A stretch of DNA of 32,572 nucleotides, taken from assembly GCA_964484095.1 (NCBI GenBank), contig CAZAEB010000003.1, forward strand, positions 1-32,572, given 5' to 3'. The position numbers and the translations under genes are program-made. The notes under the pieces were generated by a model that was not told where the DNA came from, did no database searches, and was given only the letters and a program-made list of their open reading frames with translations. Every line of letters begins with the position of its first letter. Position 1 is the stretch's first letter. This DNA is from an uncultured Gammaproteobacteria bacterium (GTDB lineage: Bacteria; Patescibacteriota; Microgenomatia; UBA12405; BS750m-G30). Of the stretch, positions 8,635 to 16,715 are shown piece by piece.

Positions 8635-9617
8635 TGTTTTTCTTTACCTTTGAATTTATTAAGAACATAAAAGAAGGCAATCAGTCCAATTCCCACTCCC
8701 CACCAAAGAGTAAGCAGGCGAAGAAGAATTGTTGCCGCCGCTGCTTTTGCCCGAGTCAAAGAAAGAAGAAGTGTTAAAAGACCAACAAATCCGCCTTCGG
8801 CAACTCCTATTCCACCAGGGATAAAAGAGACAAATCCTAAAATACTGACAAAGCAGAAAATAAACACCGTTTTAGAAAGTAAAAGATAAGAAAACTCAAC
8901 CCCTCCTACGCTGGATATTATTATTGAAAAACCAACTGCCTCTGCAAACCAAGCTGTAGCTGCTAGCAAGCTGGCTCCCGACAAGCTCTTCCAGCTAACC
9001 AAACTTAAAAGAACCTCTCTAAAAACTACCAATCGATTGCTAACTTTTTCCAAAGAAGGCTTTTTAAAAGATAGTTTTTTGATTAAATTAGCAACCAGAT
9101 TCCAGGCCAAATTACTATAAATCACAAAAATAAAAACACCGCAAGAAATTAAAGCAAAAACAATAGCCAGCCAGCCAAACTGATATGAATAAAAACCAAA
9201 AGCTAGAAGAATAAGCGCCCCCAAACCATCCGTTAATCTTTCAGCAATTACTACAGGAATTGTCCGACTTAAATGATCCCCTGTCATTCTTTTTAAAAAA
9301 TAGGCCTTCAAAACCTCGCCTGTTTTTCCTGGTGAAAGAGTTAGGGGCAAGCCAGAAAGGAATATTAGTCCACTTTCCCTTGGCTTAAGTTCTTTTTCAA
9401 AGCCGACCTTTTTCAAAAAAAAGTGCCAACGGAAAAACCTTAATAAATAGTTAAAACAGGTCAGTGCTAAAACAGGTATTGCCAGCCACCAGTTAAAACT
9501 AACAAGTTCTCCAACTGTTTCTCTAACATCTCCCCAAAAGACTAGCAATGAAGCGACAACCGCTCCTAAAACAAAGGAGAAAATAATTTCTCGTTCAAAT
9601 TTTTTAATCTTATCCAT
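8631..9617 (-). CDS. UPF0104 / lysylphosphatidylglycerol-synthase TM-domain protein (flippase-like)
   Basis: LRFFRW, PGKTGEVLK, ERLTD, PGGIGVAEG and LLRLLTLW motifs; about 8 TM helices. Confidence 0.85.
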   Translation of the reverse strand: MDKIKKFEREIIFSFVLGAVVASLLVFWGDVRETVGELVSFNWWLAIPVLALTCFNYLLRFFRWHFFLKKVGFEKELKPRESGLIFLSGLPLTLSPGKTGEVLKAYFLKRMTGDHLSRTIPVVIAERLTDGLGALILLAFGFYSYQFGWLAIVFALISCGVFIFVIYSNLAWNLVANLIKKLSFKKPSLEKVSNRLVVFREVLLSLVSWKSLSGASLLAATAWFAEAVGFSIIISSVGGVEFSYLLLSKTVFIFCFVSILGFVSFIPGGIGVAEGGFVGLLTLLLSLTRAKAAAATILLRLLTLWWGVGIGLIAFFYVLNKFKGKEKQ

Positions 9618-9631
9618 TTAAGTTTAAAAAG

Positions 9632-9670
9632 TCCCGACCTGCCCCGACATAAGCCGAGACAAGATCGGGA
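9632..9670 (-). other. G.U-rich RNA hairpin followed by a U-tract (leader, terminator or REP-like element)
   Basis: Minus RNA UCCCGAUCU-U-GUCUCGGC-UUAU-GUCGGGGC-AGGUCGGGA gives a 17-bp stem with 4 G.U pairs, followed by C-UUUUU. Confidence 0.6.
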
Positions 9671-9676
9671 TAAACT

Positions 9677-9685
9677 ATCGTAACA
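9677..9685 (-). promoter_or_regulatory. extended -10 (TGtTACGAT) directly upstream of the hairpin
   Basis: TG at 9685-9684 and TACGAT at 9682-9677; predicted TSS ~9671-9670. Confidence 0.4.
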
Positions 9686-9694
9686 GAAAAACTA

Positions 9695-10765
9695 CTAATA
9701 TAAAAACCCATAATCTGACAAAAGTTTTCCCCAATCCGAATCTAAATATTTCCCAATCCTCTTTCTGCCTACAAAATTATACCAATAAACATCATGATAA
9801 AGTCTTGAGGCTAAATAAGACCAGGGGGTAATAAAAGTGTGCAAAATAAGCTTTTCAAACCACCAAGGAAGTTTTTTGTAAATCAGCTTTTGACCCCTTG
9901 AAGCAAAGGTGTCACCCTGAATCAGTTTAAAATTAGGTAAAGAAGATATCCCCTCTATGCTTATCTTTTTAGGATCATTTTCTCCCAGTCCTAATTTTTT
10001 TCCAAGTTTTAAATATTTCATTTTTTGGGGGTTAAAGCCAATTATCTTACTGGCAATCGAATCTAAAGCCACCTCGTCATCACTTGCCAAAACCAGCCCT
10101 GCTTCCTTCCACTCCATTGCCCGTGGACCAGAACCATAACCAACCACCGAACCATCCATCAAACCTAAAATATGAGGATGAAGTTCTTTTTGAATCGAAA
10201 GCAGATCGATAATCACCTCATCAATAAACCGATGTGCCCAATGACGCTTAGTATTTAACATGCCAAAATAATTTTTAATTGACCCGGTAGTTTTGGTAAA
10301 CACATGAGTTTTTAAGGTACACAAGCTGATCAAAGGTTTTTGGAAAATAATTTCTGGAAAATGTACTCCTTCGGGAAATATTTTATCCAAAGCAATCATT
10401 TTTGCTTTTGGCCGATATAAACAGTACTTTTCATCAGTAAGATAATGAATCTTAACTCCATACTTTTTACAAACCTTATCCCAACAATGAACTTGAGCCC
10501 CTTTATAAACGTCAGTAACCACTGTTCTGTTTTCTACGGGAATAATATCTTTAGCTGAAAAACCAAAATCTAAAAGTCCTTTTATCACTCCCTCCAACTG
10601 CCAGGGAGGTGAAGAACAAGCCGGATAAAACTTTGACCAGGAAAGATTTAATTTGATAACAACCGGTTGGCTCTTAACTTTAGAAAAGGATTTTCTTACA
10701 ATAGAAGCATTAATATCAACAATGTTTTTGGGAGTAACTCTTTTAACAATGACTTTTGATTTCAT
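9695..10765 (-). CDS. DUF362 domain protein
   Basis: VVIKLNL, LKTHVFTKTTGSIKNYFG, G.GP and D.VALD motifs of DUF362; no C-terminal CxxCxxC ferredoxin domain. Confidence 0.8.
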   Translation of the reverse strand: MKSKVIVKRVTPKNIVDINASIVRKSFSKVKSQPVVIKLNLSWSKFYPACSSPPWQLEGVIKGLLDFGFSAKDIIPVENRTVVTDVYKGAQVHCWDKVCKKYGVKIHYLTDEKYCLYRPKAKMIALDKIFPEGVHFPEIIFQKPLISLCTLKTHVFTKTTGSIKNYFGMLNTKRHWAHRFIDEVIIDLLSIQKELHPHILGLMDGSVVGYGSGPRAMEWKEAGLVLASDDEVALDSIASKIIGFNPQKMKYLKLGKKLGLGENDPKKISIEGISSLPNFKLIQGDTFASRGQKLIYKKLPWWFEKLILHTFITPWSYLASRLYHDVYWYNFVGRKRIGKYLDSDWGKLLSDYGFLY

Positions 10766-10898
10766 GAAAAAATATTTTTATAGTCTTTTTTTAATCCTAA
10801 TCATTATTCTATCAACGTTTCCGAGAATTTGGAATATAGAAACAAATCCCCGGAGAAAAAACATTTTAGTTGTAGAACTATTCCTTAACCGTGGGTAA
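10764..10898 (+). pseudogene. 44-aa ORF resembling the first TM helix of an ArnT/PMT-type GT-C (possible remnant)
   Basis: MKKYFYSLFLILIIILSTFPRIWNIETNP matches the hydrophobic-helix-R-x-aromatic start of neighbouring GT-Cs, then breaks off before any DE motif. Confidence 0.35.
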
Positions 10899-12401
10899 AA
10901 AAACCACTGTTACTTTTTTATTCCCAGAAGACGAGTAGTAGTTTCTCACTTCCTGATTTTTCTTTATTTGAAGAATACTATCCAGATAATAATCATTTTC
11001 TGGATGGGCTATAATAAAACAAGTACTCCCCTCTATAATTTCGCTAAGCTGTTTATCATTTTTAATAAAAACAGATCTTTTAGACAAGCCATAAGATTCA
11101 AGGGCTGGCTTAAGGAGAGGCTCTGGAGTTTGATATAAAATTACCACTTGTTGATCGGCAGGACACGAACTGAAAGCTTTAATTATCAAAGCCTCTTGAG
11201 TCAAATCCATTTTTTGCGGTGTTTCCCAATAAAAACGATAAAGATTGAGAGTGAGGACAGAAATCATAACCAAACAAACAACTAACCAAGAGGCCTTGGA
11301 GGAAAAATAACTACATAACTTATCGGAAACATAACCCAGTCCAATCCCTCCCACAAGAGCCAAAACAGGCAGTAAAAAATAAAGTCGACTAATGGCCACG
11401 TAAGGATATTGAGAAAGCCCACCAACCATAAATAACAAACAAATAAGAGTGAATAGAATAAAGCGATATTTTTTCCAAGCGAAAATCGAAACAATCAGGC
11501 CAATTACCACAAATAGTCCAAAGAGAGGGTCCAAAAGAGATCCAGAAACAAAGTGAGATACCCGATCATTTTGAAAAAAAGCAAAAAAAGAAGCCCAGGT
11601 ATTTTTCCAAAAAGCGTTCATTACTGCTTCTCTTGGGATTTCTCCAGAAGCAAGCAAAGAACGCTTTAAAATAGGTTCTAATAAAACCTTTTGATTAACC
11701 CAAAAATAAGGAACAGATGTTGCTAAAAACCCAGCTAAAAAAATAAAACCTTGTCTTACTTTCTTTATCCAATCCTGGGATAAAACTAAATATAAAAAAA
11801 TTAAGAAAAGACTAATCCTAGAAAAATAGTTTGTATAAAAGCACAGACCAGAAAAAATTCCTGAAGCAAAAAGAAAAAAGTTTTTTTGTTTCAATCCCAA
11901 CATAAACATATAAAGAGATAAAAAAAGAGGGAAAAAAGCATGAATGTTCCAATAACCTATATGAGTAAACGCCCAAAGATAGTGAGAAAAGGCGAAAAAA
12001 AATAGAGAAAACACCGCTACTTTTTTTCCTAACAACTCTTTAATAAAAAAATAAAAAAAGACAAAAGCTAAAATCACTATCAAGATAGAGCTTATTATCC
12101 AGCCCCGATGGTCAACCCCGAACAGCTTCATTATAAAAGCTTGATAAACAGAAGTGGCCACTGAGACAAAATCATATACTCCTTTTTGGTCTAATATACT
12201 AATAAACCCTGACTGACGAAAAAAAGAAAGTTTACTTTCGCCTAAAACAATCGATTTTGCAAAATTAAAGAACGCATATTCATCACCAATCGCCGAGTAA
12301 TACCAAGAATTAACATCAAAAATAATTAAAAAAAAGAAAAATAAAGAAACTATTCCTAAAAAAACAAAATCAAAACTTTTACTCTTTATCTTAAACTTCA
12401 C
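10878..12401 (-). CDS. GT-C glycosyltransferase (ArnT/PMT, GT39/83-like)
   Basis: TM1 followed by IGDE; about 11-12 TM helices; C-terminal soluble domain. Confidence 0.75.
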   Translation of the reverse strand: MKFKIKSKSFDFVFLGIVSLFFFFLIIFDVNSWYYSAIGDEYAFFNFAKSIVLGESKLSFFRQSGFISILDQKGVYDFVSVATSVYQAFIMKLFGVDHRGWIISSILIVILAFVFFYFFIKELLGKKVAVFSLFFFAFSHYLWAFTHIGYWNIHAFFPLFLSLYMFMLGLKQKNFFLFASGIFSGLCFYTNYFSRISLFLIFLYLVLSQDWIKKVRQGFIFLAGFLATSVPYFWVNQKVLLEPILKRSLLASGEIPREAVMNAFWKNTWASFFAFFQNDRVSHFVSGSLLDPLFGLFVVIGLIVSIFAWKKYRFILFTLICLLFMVGGLSQYPYVAISRLYFLLPVLALVGGIGLGYVSDKLCSYFSSKASWLVVCLVMISVLTLNLYRFYWETPQKMDLTQEALIIKAFSSCPADQQVVILYQTPEPLLKPALESYGLSKRSVFIKNDKQLSEIIEGSTCFIIAHPENDYYLDSILQIKKNQEVRNYYSSSGNKKVTVVFLPTVKE

Positions 12402-14158
12402 TTTTCTTGCCCCTTGAAAATTATCACTCTGGGGTGGTCATAAACAGTAAAACTTTCATCAGCAGACTGGTCGTTTATCTCAAACTCCCAGTCGCCTATT
12501 TTAATTCCTGGATATAAGGAAAAATCAGCTACTTTTTCAAAGCCTAATTCTCCCGAAAAAAGATCCTGATAATATTTAACTGTTTCGGGGTAGCACTTTT
12601 TATGCTTGGAACAATCGACCAACTTCATCAACGGCACGTATAGTCTGTTACTGGAAAGAATGATATAGTCAGCCCTTTTTAAATTACTTTCCACTTTCTC
12701 CCATTTAGAAATTGACTGGTCGGGTTCATACATCGGCATCTCTAAAAAGAGATATTTTTCTGACCCCACCAGTGGAAGCCTATCATCCCAATGCTCAACA
12801 GCAATCACTGACCCGGAAGGAATGTTTTTGTTAATCCAATTTGTTGCCGCTACTCTAGAGTGAGGTCGAGAATAAATAGAGATAAAGGAAAATGTCCAAA
12901 AAAGATGAACAAAAATAAAAAGAATAAAAAATAACGAATAACTTTTACCTACTTTTGATTTAATTTCCCTGAAAAACCAGGCCGATATTAAAACAAAAAA
13001 AGGATATAGGGGCAAACAATATCGCATAAATTTGATCGCAAACCCACCAACTATCAAAAAATATGTCAAGAAAAAAACGGATAAAATAATTTCTTTTGCC
13101 TCACTATCATAATTTCCCGGCTTTTTAATTCTTTTTACTAAACTCGCCAAATAAAAGAAAATGGCAAAAAGAGAAACCGTACCAAGTCCTAATCCTAACC
13201 CGTAAACAACCATGTTTTTGAGAGGATAAAAATAACTTGCTGTCCCAACGTACTGCAAAGTATAGGGAAAGATATAGGCATCTTTGGTCATTTCCTGCTG
13301 ATTTTTAATCTGTCTCCAGAAATTAGGAAAATCGATAACTGCATAAGGTTCAATGATTATAAAAACTAAAACCGCAACAAGAAAAATCAACCCACCGTAG
13401 ACAAACAGCCTTTTACTAATTTGTAAAATCGCCTGCTTTCTTTTAACTTTTCCCAATAGCAAAAGCAGTTTCGGGATAATACCGGCTTTTCTCTCTCCCC
13501 ATAGTTTTATTCCTAATAGTAAAAAATCAGCAATTAAAGCCGTTCCTATCGCTGCTAACAAAACAGTCGCGCTAACTTTGGTCGCCAGCGCCAGACCAAA
13601 GGATGCTCCCACTTTTAAAGCAGTTTTTACTTTTGGATTCTCGTAAAAACCAATAAGAAACCACAAGGTGAGCCAGACAAAAAAATTAAGAGGAACATCA
13701 ACAGTATAAAAATGGGCTGATTGGAGAGGAAAAACACAAGAAGCATATAAAAAGGCGGCTAGAAGGGCAACTTTTTTAGAAAAAATCTTTTTACCAATTT
13801 TGAAAATTAAAACAACCACCCCAAGATCAAATAATACAGAAATCATTCTTCCTACTATTGGCAAATACTGATAGGTTGTCCATTTCTCTCCCCCAAACAA
13901 AGAAGCGATAGTGGAAGTAAACTTTAATAAATATATCGGTAGGCTGCCATAAGCAAAAAAGTTTGGATTAAATGAACTTTGCGAAGTAAAAAAAGTTTGC
14001 CAATTAGACAAAGAGGGCAAAAAGATCTTCTCTGTTACCATAACAATCATCCGCTCGTCAGGGTGAAGATTGTAACCCTGATCCCAGGAAAGCCCAAAAA
14101 CTCTAAAAAGAAGGCCAAATATTAAAATTAATAATAAAATAAGTCGGTCCTTTTTCAT
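12398..14158 (-). CDS. GT-C glycosyltransferase (PMT-like, HPDE subtype)
   Basis: WDQGYNLHPDER, FFAYGSLP, QSAHFYTVD, LATK, KFMRY, DESFTVYDHP. Confidence 0.85.
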   Translation of the reverse strand: MKKDRLILLLILIFGLLFRVFGLSWDQGYNLHPDERMIVMVTEKIFLPSLSNWQTFFTSQSSFNPNFFAYGSLPIYLLKFTSTIASLFGGEKWTTYQYLPIVGRMISVLFDLGVVVLIFKIGKKIFSKKVALLAAFLYASCVFPLQSAHFYTVDVPLNFFVWLTLWFLIGFYENPKVKTALKVGASFGLALATKVSATVLLAAIGTALIADFLLLGIKLWGERKAGIIPKLLLLLGKVKRKQAILQISKRLFVYGGLIFLVAVLVFIIIEPYAVIDFPNFWRQIKNQQEMTKDAYIFPYTLQYVGTASYFYPLKNMVVYGLGLGLGTVSLFAIFFYLASLVKRIKKPGNYDSEAKEIILSVFFLTYFLIVGGFAIKFMRYCLPLYPFFVLISAWFFREIKSKVGKSYSLFFILFIFVHLFWTFSFISIYSRPHSRVAATNWINKNIPSGSVIAVEHWDDRLPLVGSEKYLFLEMPMYEPDQSISKWEKVESNLKRADYIILSSNRLYVPLMKLVDCSKHKKCYPETVKYYQDLFSGELGFEKVADFSLYPGIKIGDWEFEINDQSADESFTVYDHPRVIIFKGQEK

Positions 14159-15777
14159 ATCAGTTCTCTTTTATACAAACGAATAGTCGGTCGATCAAAA
14201 ACCGTCCAGGTTTCCTCGCTGGTCAAATCTGAACCAAGCAACAACTCCTCCCACAAACTAAATGTCCTAAACTCTTTTTCACCAATAAATCCTAACTCTC
14301 CGGAAAACAGTTTTTGATAATAATCTCTTGTTTGTGGATACTTTTTATTGTTTTTAGAAAGATTGGCAAAAACTCGCCTAGAAGGGATAAGAATGTAGTC
14401 TGCTTTTGAAACAAGCTCGTCCAGTTCTTCTTTATTTTCTAAACTATCTTCAAGCGAATAGAAGTCAAAGTTAGTCACTTTAAAACTACTTCTGTTTTCC
14501 ACCGGTAAATCAATAATATTACCTCCTTCTGATAAAATAACCGACCCTGCTGGAAGTTTTTCATTCATCCAATCAGTCGCAAATAAACGAACATCAGTTT
14601 TGTACACCTTTAGAAAAATCAGACCAGGAAAAAGGACTGCTAACAAAAAATATGTTTTCACTTTCTTTCTCTCTATTAAACTCACAAACCAGGCCGCCAA
14701 CAAAACAAAAAAAGGTAAAATCGGAATCATGAATCGAACCCACTTAGCATACAAAAAACCATTAAACATAAACCAAAATACTGGACCAATCAAAACAATA
14801 ACCAGTCCTTTTTTGAGCCTCATCCTTCTGAAAAGTAGTCGTCCTACACCAGTAATCAGGCCTGCTAGAAAAAGAAGAAACATTGGCAAGCCCAATACCC
14901 AAGGAAATATTTTTGTCAACTGAAAAATAACTGGCCCAGTATTGGTAAACTGGCGAGTATAAAAAACTACCGCTTCGCCAACAGCAACCCTAGATTCGTA
15001 AACAACCGTAGTTAACGCCTCCTGCCAGCGAATAAAATAAAACGGACAAAACAAAGCAAAAAATAAACCGGTGATAAGAAAAAGAAACAAAGAATTTCTT
15101 GCCCCAATAAGTTTTTTTTCACTATTGGCAACATTAATCACCACTGTTACTAATAGTAAGGGGAAAATATAAACAATAGCGCTCATTTTAGTAGCCAAAC
15201 CAATCCCCCCAAGAAAACCAACCATTAAAAAGTGCTTATTTTCAGCTTCTTTTCTAAATATTTTTAGACAAAAATAGGCCAAAGCGATAAAAACAAAGGC
15301 CAGTATTGATTCGGTAGTTCCAAAATGAGCCGATTGGATAAGTCCTGGAGTTAAGGCCAAGAGAGCAGGATAAATATATCTTTGCTTTTTGTCAGGAAAC
15401 AAAACCGTTGCCAGTCGATAGCCAATCACTACAGTTGCCAAAGAAAAAACCGCTGACCAAAATCTTAAAAGATATACTGCCTCACTGAAAGCAACAACGG
15501 TAGTAAATCCGAGCTTAAAGCTATTTATCAAAATGCCGGTAAAATATGCCAAATACAAAGGAAATTGGCCATATGCAAAAAAGCGAGGATCAATGTCAGG
15601 AAAACTCATTTGCGAGACACTTCTGGCCATGTTGTTTTCGTCAGGATGAAAAAAAAGCCCCTCTCCCCAATCAAGATGGTAAAAACGAACTAGAAAAGCT
15701 ATTGCCAGCAAAATCCCCCAGCGATAGTCAGCAAATATTCTTCGAATAGAAAAGAAAGAAAAAGACCTAAATAACAT
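14155..15777 (-). CDS. GT-C glycosyltransferase (PMT-like, HPDE subtype), paralog of the adjacent gene
   Basis: FFHPDE, FFAYGQFP, QSAHFGTTE, LATK, KWVRF, EETWTVFDRP. Confidence 0.85.
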   Translation of the reverse strand: MLFRSFSFFSIRRIFADYRWGILLAIAFLVRFYHLDWGEGLFFHPDENNMARSVSQMSFPDIDPRFFAYGQFPLYLAYFTGILINSFKLGFTTVVAFSEAVYLLRFWSAVFSLATVVIGYRLATVLFPDKKQRYIYPALLALTPGLIQSAHFGTTESILAFVFIALAYFCLKIFRKEAENKHFLMVGFLGGIGLATKMSAIVYIFPLLLVTVVINVANSEKKLIGARNSLFLFLITGLFFALFCPFYFIRWQEALTTVVYESRVAVGEAVVFYTRQFTNTGPVIFQLTKIFPWVLGLPMFLLFLAGLITGVGRLLFRRMRLKKGLVIVLIGPVFWFMFNGFLYAKWVRFMIPILPFFVLLAAWFVSLIERKKVKTYFLLAVLFPGLIFLKVYKTDVRLFATDWMNEKLPAGSVILSEGGNIIDLPVENRSSFKVTNFDFYSLEDSLENKEELDELVSKADYILIPSRRVFANLSKNNKKYPQTRDYYQKLFSGELGFIGEKEFRTFSLWEELLLGSDLTSEETWTVFDRPTIRLYKRELI

Positions 15778-16687
15778 AAATAATAATGATTAGTATTGAT
15801 CCCCAAGAAATTATCGAAGAAGCAAGTGGAATATCAGAGGCAAGCAATTTCTCCGGTCGTTCACCCCCAGAATAACCATAGACCAGTTGGGCATAACGCA
15901 TAATCCCAAAAATTACCGGCAAAATAGTAATCATCAGCCACTTTCTTCCTATAATCATGTGGCCAATATCTGTCCCCATATACTCTGCCAGCTTTCCACC
16001 AAACTCCATATCAGAAAAATATGTGAATAAAGAATAGGAAATCAAGGTAGCAACAGCAAAAATCGAAGAGTAAAAGTCTAAAAGAGATTTTTGGTAACGT
16101 TCTAATACTGGTCTTGTTTCACTCCCCTTAGTAACCAACTCACTCCTTCTCTTTCCACTAGCAATAAACAAGGAAAGAAAAACTACCGTAAACATTAACC
16201 AAATAGGCAGATGGTAGCCGGTAGCAACCTCTCCCGCCAAGGTTCTAATGATAAACGAAAAAGAAATGCCAATAATATCCCAAAGGGCAAACTTTTTCAA
16301 TAAAAATGAGTAAAAAACATGCAGGACTATAAAAAACAAGCAGATTAGAAAAACACCCAAACTCTGAAAAGCGGCAATTACCAAACCGATGCCAACAAGA
16401 ACAAAAAAGATTCGGGATGCTAAAGCGACAGAAAGATCTCCTTTGGCAACCGGACGATTCTTTTTTAAAGGATGTTTTTTATCATAAGGAGCATCCACAA
16501 TATCATTTAAAGTATACGAGGCCGAAGAAAGCAGGCAAAGAGAAATAAACACCATTAAGGCCTTAGAGAAAAGATCTACTTCAAAAAACTGGCCAGTAAA
16601 TATAATTGAAGCAAAAACAGCTAGGTTTTTAACCCACTGACCAGGACGAAGCGTGCGAAATATTGCAATAATCATTTTTGAATTCAT
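15767..16687 (-). CDS. UbiA-family polyprenyl-phosphate phosphoribosyltransferase (DPPR synthase-like, Rv3806c type)
   Basis: RPGQWVKN, YTLNDIVD..YDKKHPLKKNRP, YSFLLK, GKRRSE, RY..L and GERPE motifs, diagnostic of the DPPR-synthase branch of UbiA. Confidence 0.88.
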   Translation of the reverse strand: MNSKMIIAIFRTLRPGQWVKNLAVFASIIFTGQFFEVDLFSKALMVFISLCLLSSASYTLNDIVDAPYDKKHPLKKNRPVAKGDLSVALASRIFFVLVGIGLVIAAFQSLGVFLICLFFIVLHVFYSFLLKKFALWDIIGISFSFIIRTLAGEVATGYHLPIWLMFTVVFLSLFIASGKRRSELVTKGSETRPVLERYQKSLLDFYSSIFAVATLISYSLFTYFSDMEFGGKLAEYMGTDIGHMIIGRKWLMITILPVIFGIMRYAQLVYGYSGGERPEKLLASDIPLASSIISWGSILIIIIYVI

Positions 16688-16715
16688 CTAGAAAGATTTT
16701 AAATTAAACCACTCT

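Noticed and set aside
8631-9617. MprF lysyl-phosphatidylglycerol synthase
   Set aside because: Only the TM (flippase-like) domain is present; there is no aminoacyl-transferase domain
15767-16687. UbiA as a quinone or heme prenyltransferase
   Set aside because: RPxQWxKN, HPxKxxRP and KRRxE motifs and the GT-C/PAP2 context indicate the phosphoribosyltransferase branch
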